The notes under the pieces are model-generated. The model made no database searches. It was not told where the DNA came from and was given only the letters and a program-made list of their open reading frames with translations. Made by a program: the position numbers and the translations under genes. DNA of 60,891 bases, filler included, from Basidiobolus ranarum (Eukaryota), in the NCBI GenBank assembly GCA_040143965.1. It is 2 parts of 2 records of this genome, joined end to end, with 100 filler letters (N's around TTAATTAATTAA, not from the genome) between each part and the next. Parts side by side here need not be neighbours in the genome. Positions count along the whole stretch, not along the records: positions 30,544 to 60,891 come from JASJQH010006976.1; 1 more part is not named here. One strand, written 5' to 3'. This document shows positions 52,008-60,891 of this stretch, piece after piece (the first letter of the stretch is position 1; each line of letters starts with the position of its first letter).

Positions 52008-52703
52008 TCAGTTCTTCTTGTTGTTCAAAACTGTAAATACAAACTCTGGTTTATCCTCATCATCAGTCACTTGCTCTACTTCAAGATCATGATAATTATC
52101 AATGATAGCCACTGCTTTATGAAGAATCTCTGGCTTGTAGCTCGTGGTGATTGCTATTGAGCGGATACCACCATTGACTCCTGCATCAATACCAGCTGGA
52201 GCATCTTCAAAAATGATGCATTCTTCAGGTTTGAATCCTAATTTGGAGGCAGCTGTCAAGTATCCTTCAGGATGAGGCTTACCGTGGGTAACTACGTCAG
52301 CAGTGATAAATATATCAGGAATAGGTAGGTTCATTTGTCTTAATCTGCCTTCAGCCATTGAACGGGTTCCGGAAGTAACGATGGCCCAACGTTCTCTTGG
52401 AAGTTTGTTCAAGAGCTCTACTACACCAGGAACGACAAATACTCCTTCTGATTCATTCTCTAGCAATACCTCCCAGGCGTTAGCCTCCTCAATAGTGATA
52501 ACGCGACCAGCTGGGGCGAACTTGTTCATTACCTCGATGGACCGTACACCATGGCAGTATTCAATAATAGGTTGTGGATCAATTCCCATCTTGTTGGCCC
52601 AAATGGTGTACTGCTTTTCAACGGCAAGAATAGTATTGACTAATGTGCCATCCAAATCGAACAAAATAGCCTTAGCGCGTAGTTGCATATTATCGGAAGT
52701 CAT
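52008..52703 (-). CDS. HAD-superfamily sugar/glycerol-phosphate phosphatase (Gpp1/Dog1/YfbT-like), intronless
   Basis: FDLDGTL motif I, HGVR, WAIVTSG motif II, GKPHPEGY motif III, FEDAPAGI motif IV. Confidence 0.93.
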   Translation of the reverse strand: MTSDNMQLRAKAILFDLDGTLVNTILAVEKQYTIWANKMGIDPQPIIEYCHGVRSIEVMNKFAPAGRVITIEEANAWEVLLENESEGVFVVPGVVELLNKLPRERWAIVTSGTRSMAEGRLRQMNLPIPDIFITADVVTHGKPHPEGYLTAASKLGFKPEECIIFEDAPAGIDAGVNGGIRSIAITTSYKPEILHKAVAIIDNYHDLEVEQVTDDEDKPEFVFTVLNNKKN

Positions 52704-53560
52704 TTTCAAAGGTCAATTATATTACTAGAAGGGTGAGAGTTTGTATGAGTTGTTTGGATCGATGCTTGTTTATTATAGGAAACGGTTTCTTATCAAGAAA
52801 TCATCGCATTGGCTTTCCGGTGAGAATAGGACTATTTTTAGATAGATTTCTATGTTTTCGTTGGCCAGAATCAGTCCACATCCTCCTTAAAACGCTCATT
52901 GGCTTTTCTATTAATATAAGAATCGATATGGAATGCCTGTAACAGGGTGCATTGGACTGGGCTAGAAAACACGATTTTATGCTGATAGTTTGGTATCAGG
53001 ATCAAAGGCAATTTCGGGAAGATTTTGGCCCCAAAAAGGAATCAATTTAACGGACAGCTGAGTTATATCACTAAGTCGTGTGGTTACTGGGTAATTCGAT
53101 ATCAGGAATGTCTCAGTTTTCGCACCATTTGAAGCATTGAATTAATTCGAGCAATCCAAGCAATCCAAGCAATTCGAAATCACCACATACTTGTATTCGC
53201 CACCACATAATATCCAATTACAATTGGAAACGATCATGGCTATTCAGAACACTATCCCACATCTGGGGTAGCCAACAGAGCGCTATTTCGCTATTTATGA
53301 TAGAGCAGATATTTCTTTGAAGTATAGTTTAGTGCTAGAAGTAATGTTCAGGGTTTAGGTTGAATAGACATAATACAAGAGACCTTCAATGCCACATGGC
53401 TAAGGTATGGTGATTGCAATGATGTTTATGCACGTCACAGAATGATTGATGTAAGAAGTTAATCAACCGGTTCCTCTCAGTGAGGCTGTATAGTTTGACT
53501 TGAATATGATGTGCGATCAATTGTCAATCAATCATAACTGATTGTTAGTCTAAGGGGGTA

Positions 53561-53632
53561 CTGACAACTATTGCGCATCTATGTTAAACTTTGGTCTGAC
53601 AACTATTGCGCATCTATGTTAAACTTTGGTCT
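53561..53632. repeat. Perfect 35-bp tandem duplication
   Basis: CTGACAACTATTGCGCATCTATGTTAAACTTTGGT at 53561-53595 and 53596-53630. Confidence 0.95.
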
Positions 53633-54180
53633 TGGGGTTGATTAGGATATATTTCGGGATCTCTTTGATGCGTATTCAGGTCAAGTGTATCACTTAGGTG
53701 TATCACTATTGTCCACATGGTAAAAGCTCGGATTACAACCGTTTATCATGTCTTGTTAAGCTTTGTTGGGGCATCTCCTAATTTCGCGATCAACTGGTAT
53801 CTTAGAGCCTGTATAATACTGGATACTCTCTTTCCACTTCAGAAATCACACAAAGATCAGACCCTTTATATCTTTGAATCTAAGACTAGATATACATCTT
53901 TAAGCCAATCAGCCCATCGTATAAATGAAATTTGTCACTTGCAAAACAACTCATGGTCTCAAAAACCTTGGCCCAAACTTGAAAACCACATAACACTCTA
54001 CGTTTACTGGCTATTGTATGCATACCCCTTCAGACATCTGAACTGACGTTATCATTACTTTCATATGAACATGAACAAAACCTGGTTGTTTGACTTACTT
54101 GGCAGTATATAAGTGTAAAGAAGCATCTACCTCATTCACTAGAGTTACTCTACTTGTTGAGATACCCACTGTAATTTCAT

Positions 54181-54576
54181 ATGTTCATGTGTTGCTTTCC
54201 GAGACGCAGTAAAAATGGCAAGAGATCAGCTACTCACGACAAAAGTGGATTTGTCCAGCTAAAAGACACTGATGGACTATCCATTCATTCATATTCTTCA
54301 CTTGAAGAGAGTACGAAAATTCAAAAAATCCCTAGCTGTCCAGAGATGGTTCACACACCCACTATTTACTCGTCTGGGACGAGCTTCCTACGACCCTACT
54401 TCAAATGGAACCAACCAAAACCACATACGGACAGCTTTAGGTCTGTCACGAATGGGATCCAAGTATCTTCAGATTTTGAGGAGGTATTGATGTATGGGTT
54501 TCTACTAAATGATGGCTCAAATACTAGAATTCCAACTTTATATATCAGTCTCACTCCCGCGTTAGTCAACTTATAG
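54181..54576 (+). CDS. Hypothetical 131-aa protein with N-terminal Cys-Cys/basic motif
   Basis: ATG-started ORF with TATATAA at 54106-54112; MFMCCFPRRSK start; C-terminal DFEEVL...TLYISLTP. Confidence 0.55.
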   Translation: MFMCCFPRRSKNGKRSATHDKSGFVQLKDTDGLSIHSYSSLEESTKIQKIPSCPEMVHTPTIYSSGTSFLRPYFKWNQPKPHTDSFRSVTNGIQVSSDFEEVLMYGFLLNDGSNTRIPTLYISLTPALVNL

Positions 54577-55775
54577 AGATAATTGCATACTTAGAAAGTC
54601 CACTGCCACCAGTAAATACTATACCTTTTAATGTATTTACATGTAAATAAACTATTCGACGCTTCGCATTAATAAGAAACTTTATTTTTCTTGCCTTGAC
54701 CTTGTAACATTTATTACTATTGCTATTGCTATTGCTATATAACAAACACAATTCGACTATATAATCTGCGTTGCATTACACAAGAATCCAAATATTTGGA
54801 ACATCATTGGAATGTCGCAATTTGTCAATATTAAGCATAAATTTTAATTTAAATTATTGAATGTCACTTACGGTTACTCTTGTGAGTGATCAACTCTGGT
54901 AAATTTTAACCTTGTAATAGGGATCCTCTCCACGAGCCAACCTAATTTAAAGAATGTGACATCAGGGATTTCCACGCAGATAATTTCAATATAAAACCAC
55001 AAGTTAAACATATCAGACGACCAGGAACAAATAACAGTGATTTTCGGACTCGACACTAGTATAGTTATTGTTCGCGGATGGTTGATAATGTATATGGAAT
55101 GACTAATATGAAGAGTAAAGGTACACTCAGTCTCTAGCCGTTTTTAAAGTGATCTTAACGTTATTTATCTAGGTGTTTGGGTGGGTTTTGGCATATGCAG
55201 ACGTAATGAACAAATACCAAACTCGCCCTACATACAACTACACTACTAAGTAAAACTCTCAATAAGTCGTACATGATGTTATATTAAGGGAATACAGCCT
55301 TCAAAATCTAAAGGAATTAATGCCACGTTGTAAATATACTCCGAGAGTCCGTTTGAAACGATGCTATCTACACGTCACGTGTCACTTCGTATTTAGATTG
55401 ATGAAGTCATTAATCTCATCGGTTTCGTAATTTCGGACATTCATTTTGACGTTTATTGCATACACGTATACTCGATACGCCTCACCACATCCTACAGGCT
55501 CTCACATAAACGACAAACCGTTTTAAAGATTCATATACACTAAAATTTTCATTGCGACAACATCATATCCCCGTTTTGTGAGTAACATTTTGACGAATTC
55601 GCCTTGTTTATTAAGTAACATTATTATTGCACTTCAATACATTGTCACTTTTATCTTTAAATCCGTCTTCGAGAGGTATCCAACACTAAAAAAAACCAAG
55701 CGTTCCTTTTGAAAAATACTCGGATTAATCACTTGTTACAATACAATCAACCTCGACAACACAGTATTTTCAAAT

Positions 55776-58474
55776 ATGTATGAAGACGACATGACAGCGT
55801 CTTTTTTTCAATCCAACCCGGAAACCATTTCTCCCCCTCAATCGGCTTATTTTTCAACTACTTCAGTGAATCCTGCTTTGGGGGATTTGGCAAATCCGTG
55901 GGGACCTCAGGGTAGTGGTTCAATAAGTATAGATACTGTACTTGGTAAGTGAGAACTTACACTTAAGAGAATATTTCGTATAATTATTTATCACCTTCAC
56001 CTACTTTAACAGACGGTATAAAACTGGCGCCCATCTATGAAACAGCTTTTACTTTGGCCAATCCAATAAATGATCAGATTACTAAAGAATCACTCGATAA
56101 AATATTAAGCCTTAGTGGGCTATCTTCCGCTTCGCTTGAAAAAGTACCGAAAATACTAAGTTTCTTGAATTTAACCTTATGAATTAAGGACTCCAGTTTG
56201 AAGGGAAATTTCCATTAACCTATTTACTTTAGATATTGACAGTAGGTCTTCCAGTTGACCGGTCCAGTATTGATCGAAAAGTATTTGATGTATTACTTAC
56301 TTTAGTGGCACTTTGTCAAAAAAATATGGGTAAGAATTTCTAGGATGTTTAGAATATGATCACCATATCACTAAATATAAAAATTTTCTCTCCACAAATT
56401 AGAGGTGTCACTAGAAAATATCGTTACTCATAAACAAGGTAAACATAGAATATTTATGATACATTGATTTGAAAATTCTCAATACTTTGTTTCTAACTGG
56501 TATCGAGTTTGCAGATCTACCTACACCGTTACTCCCCAATCTCTCAAGCATTGATTTCACCAGAAAAATCGTACCATCAAATGGCACTGCTAGTGTAGTA
56601 ACCAAGCCGGAGCGTTCAGCTGGGGAGTCGGATCCTTGGCGAACTGACAGTAGCACTATTGTATCATCAAATGACCTAGCTAGCGTAGAAACCAAGCCGG
56701 AACGTTCAACTGGGGAGTCGGATCCTTGGCGAACTGAGAGTAACCCAATCGTACCAATAGATTCCATTATATCGGATAAGCCTTTAGGTCAATCTAGATC
56801 AGATGGGTTGCCGGTATCCAACGGGTTTCCAACCATTTCTAATGATGCCAAGTTGCTTATGGAAGATGATTTGATTTCCGTACAAATTTCTTTACAAAAA
56901 GGAGGCATGATATTTAAACATGTAAATTACACGGTGGAATCCAAAGTAAGATTTATCAGTTACAACAGGTCAATTGTTATTTGGGAGATATTTACCTTTG
57001 CTTTCTTTTAGCAACATTTGTCCAGTGTTGTTCGAAGATACAGTGATTTTTGGTGGTTATTGGAAATATTGAGCAAAAGGTATCCATCTCGTATGTTGCC
57101 CACCATACCACCCAAGAGAATTGGAGGTAAATAGTCAACAGAAATGATGGATTTTGACTTAACCTGTATTACTATTCAGCCATGAATTAATCCCAAATGA
57201 TATGATTTTAGGAGATGAAGCATTTCTTGAAAGGAGACGCAAAGGATTGACTAGATTTATAAACTTCATCGGAAGACATCCAGTTTTGAAAAAGGATGAT
57301 ATTACCATTGTATTTCTAACTGAACCAACGGTAGTGAAAATCTTAACGTTTATCTTTGTAACTGAATTCTAACACTACTCCATGCCACTTTACAGGATAT
57401 GGGAAGTTACCGAAAGCTACATAAAGTTAGTATCGATGGAGAATTTAGATCAATCGAAGTTACGGATCACATGAAAGCCGCTATACCTCATAATTTGGAT
57501 GAAAAATTGAACACACTTCGTGGGAGATTAGATGCTTCTATCGAATACTATAACAACCAGTGCATGCTAATGGAACGTATAACAAAGCGACAAGGGGGTA
57601 AGTGCCACATACTGCCAGTTTATCCTATTTCTAACTAACTAAATCATTATAGGCACTTCAGACGATATTCTACGATACAGTCAAGTATCAAAGTAAATTG
57701 ACTCAATCTCCTGACGTATATTCATTGCATGCCCTTCATTAACATACTTGATATACGTTAGATCTTTGGCAGAAAACGATAAAGAATGCCACGACATTGA
57801 CTGTTACAGTTGCCCACAAATTGCGAATGGAATCAATATGATATCTGATTGCTTTAAACAAGTGAGCTCTATAAAAAAACGAGAGGTATGTAGATTATGG
57901 GATCCGGTATACCTAGCGTATGATGACTCATTATTAAGTTAGGTTGATTCATCGGTCAATGGTGTAGTTGAAAGCCTGAGGCGACAAAAAGAAGTAATTA
58001 TTTCTTTCAAGGTAATTCCAACATTCCCATTATTTTAATACGGAGCTTTTACCCTGATCCTAACCCCAACCCAAAAATCACAGGAGCTTCTTGAACGCAA
58101 AGATAAAATCATCACAAGCGAGGTAGACACCCTCGCTAGTCGAATTCAATCGAATCAAGAAAAGTTGAATCATCTTCGTAGTTCCAATGGATCAGCAAAA
58201 GAGATTCAGAAGTTAACTAGTTCTATTGAACAGGTATGTTATCACTCAATGTCAACTTTAGATTCAATTTACTCACAGTACGTAGGACCAGAAAGAAATC
58301 ATCGATTCTAGAAAGCATGAAGTATTTATTCAATACTGTCTATGGTGTGAGTTACAGTTCTATCATCAGAATGCTGCCTTTGCTACTTTACTCTACCAGC
58401 ATTATATCAGCGATCAGATCAAATTTAACACGGAGATAACTCAAGCATGGACAGACTTGTCGAGAGTTTTGTAA
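55776..58474 (+). CDS. MVP1: Sorting nexin Mvp1/SNX8 (PX-BAR) with EH-like N-terminal region, many exons
   Basis: [17 protein letters not shown]-..[62 protein letters not shown]-like helical exons ending [14 protein letters not shown]. The exact 3' end is uncertain. Confidence 0.87.
56568..56756 (+). repeat. In-frame 90-bp (30-aa) coding tandem repeat in Mvp1
   Basis: [30 protein letters not shown] / [30 protein letters not shown] / IVP. Confidence 0.9.
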
Positions 58475-58620
58475 GCTTTTGAACCTGAGTCATGGATATC
58501 TTCGTGTTGATAGTGGATACATCGTAATGTCCCACAACATGCACTAGATTCAACCAAACTAAAGTCATAGCATATTCACTAGATTCAAACTTAGATTCGA
58601 GCATTGTACCGTATAAATAA

Positions 58621-58674
58621 TAAATTGGTGAGAATGCCACTCCAAATAGTAAATTGGTGAGAATGCCACTCCAA
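58621..58674. repeat. 29-bp-period tandem duplication
   Basis: TAAATTGGTGAGAATGCCACTCCAA at 58621-58645 and 58650-58674. Confidence 0.9.
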
Positions 58675-59072
58675 TTTCCAATCAAGGGTAGATTATGAGG
58701 TAATTAGTGTAAGCTGAAGTTTTAGTTAAATTGGTCGGAGAAGTCCAGTTACTCAGAAAATCTAATCTGACCATGGCTTCCAATTTAGTGGAATTTCCCC
58801 GTACTTCAGTTGTTTATTAAATCGTACATAAGCTTGCTACTAGTACAGTGATGGAAATAGTAGTTACACTGTGTAATGATGATTGTATGGAATTCTAGAT
58901 CATCTGCATATCAGTTGCGTCAAACAAATTCCAAATCAGCTGAACCGATATAAAAGACAAGTTACTTCTGAATCACCACATCAATATTAGCCACATTCAT
59001 CCATTTCCATTCGACACTTCTAAGATACAGTGAAATTCTTTGTAAATCAGCATTCACAAATTTACGAGTTGC

Positions 59073-60891
59073 ATGACTGGGTTGAACAACGCCCTTTCTA
59101 TGTATACAGAGAGGACTACGTTAATCGATATGCCTAATAACCCTAACAGCAACAGGTTATTCTTCGATGTGTTATGCACTGAGAATCCCGAAACAATATT
59201 GAAAAATGAGCGCTCTATATCCTCGAAAGAATTCTACAACGAACCACATCAACAAAAAAGCTGGATACATCGACTACACCTAAACCATAAGTTGTTCTTG
59301 ATTTGTTTAACTTGGTTTATCGTATTTACTATCCTTGGGGCCATAGTATTCGTTTATTGTCTCAACCTCGACCATGAACGACATCAAAATCAAATACTTC
59401 AAAGTTGTGCTCAGAAAACTACCGTTATCAAATCTGTAGTATCCCAATTATCTTACGATTTAGCAAGTTATGTATACTTTATTGATTCCGTTAAACAGTC
59501 GATGACCGCTGAAATATTCATAGTCTATTCTGAGCTTATGGATAGAAATGGTTATGACTACATATACGGTTGGGTAAAATAGAGTTAGAAGCTATCAGTT
59601 TTGTTGTGAAACTAATTCACTTCTTTTATATTCCAGCATCCTCGGGTATTACATGCAGAGAGGGCCGAATGGGAGAAAGTAAATAACTGTAGCATAAGCG
59701 CATGGGAAACTGATACGTCTGTATTGGCACGTAGTGAAGACAAACCGATGTATTTCCCGTTAAAAAATATGAACGGATCAGGAGTTAAACTGAAGGGTGA
59801 AGTTCAATATTCACCCTCATAGTAAGACAAATCTACTAATAGTAAATCCATATATAGGTTTGGATGCTCTGCAGACACCCCAAAGGGATTATATTGAACA
59901 GACTATTGCTACTAGAAATGCCTCCTTTACTATGGCAATGTATTTTTCTTCGATATATGGCGATGGTGTAAGAATGTATATTCCAATTACGACTTCTAAT
60001 GAATCCACAGCAATGTTCTCTGATCAGAAAAACGACATATCTAATGGAGTAGAGGGAATTGTCACCATTACGGTTAGAATAGAATCAATACAAGCAAAAA
60101 TCACTCCCTATGTTGCTGAACCAACGGAGATCACTATACGTGTAACAGATAAATCTAATGGCACACTTCTTTACAGCGACAGTACTGACGAGGGTCAAGA
60201 CCAATTACCAGAAATAATGGCAAGTGACATGATGTTCTTGGGTTGTGAGTGGCTAATTCAATGCTTTTCACAAAAATCAGATTACACCAATACAAAAACT
60301 CCGGCCATTTTGTTACTAGTGATCATTTTATGTATTATCTCTTCGACTGTATTGCTTTTTGTTTACGTAAAAAGATATTTGAAGGCGAGAAAACAAATAT
60401 TTGTGGGAAACAAATTGCTACAGTATTCTAATGCTTTGGTGAAAAACATGGCTACCAACAGTAAAGCTATATTGCTGAGCATCACCGACCCGCTATTACT
60501 ATTTGATCGCAATGGAAAAATAACTGGAGCCAATACCTACGCATTGTCCAAGACTGGTTACACCTCAGAAGATGTCCGTGCCTCCGAAGATCTGTATATT
60601 GGTGATGTGATCAATATCACCCAAAGACCAAATGATGTTTCATGTCTGGTGATTGAACCAGGGATGCGGGAAGTCACCATCACTTGCAAAGATGGAACGC
60701 ACTACTACGCTGAAGCGAACTTCAGTGAACAGACAGTCATTGGATCTAACTATGCACAGGTGGTTACATTCCGCGACATATCTGCTAAGAAGCAAGCAGC
60801 AATCGAGCTGTGGAACGCAAAGAACAAGGCAGAGAGGGCCGACAAGTCAAAGGGAGATATATTGTTGTACCTATGTCACGAGATCCGCAAT
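59073..60891 (+). CDS. CHASE-domain membrane sensor histidine kinase (TM-CHASE-TM-PAS-HisKA), truncated by window end
   Basis: Introns 59574-59636 and 59797-59857. TM1 LFLICLTWFIVFTILGAIVFVYCL; CHASE-like GWHPRVLHAERAEWE, PMYFP, GLDALQTPQR; TM2 AILLLVIILCIISSTVLLFVYV; PAS ITDPLLLFDRNGKITGAN...GY...CKDGT...TFRDIS; H-box KSKGDILLYLCHEIRN (His 60877-60879). Confidence 0.87.

Overview
AT-rich eukaryotic DNA with short GT-AG introns (~55-100 nt). Gene content (TOK1, PDR-type ABC transporter, Gti1/Pac2, WDR7, CHASE histidine kinase) points to an early-diverging fungus; a Basidiobolus/Zoopagomycota-like lineage is my inference. An artificial 100-nt N/TTAATTAATTAA/N spacer at 30444-30543 joins two contigs, so the halves may not be adjacent in the genome. 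The left contig is a housekeeping block: SAM-domain gene start, Rab11, WDR7, GPN1, SUV3, TOK1, an RNAi-type RdRP, a WOPR regulator, a spliced pseudogene, Vps74, a 39-aa OST4 missing from the ORF track, and a PPR protein. The right contig is accessory-like: hairpin repeats, a PDR transporter, a variant tRNA-Leu(CAG), a CAP-domain relic, a secreted Gly/Asp/His/Tyr repeat protein, an intronless bacterial-type (Rox-like) FAD monooxygenase next to a family-B DNA polymerase fragment between 108-bp direct repeats, a secreted BBE-like flavin oxidase, a HAD phosphatase, Mvp1/SNX8 and a truncated CHASE-PAS histidine kinase. The most notable items are the candidate horizontally acquired monooxygenase with the adjacent PolB relic, and the CHASE receptor kinase. 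All calls are by eye; no searches were run.
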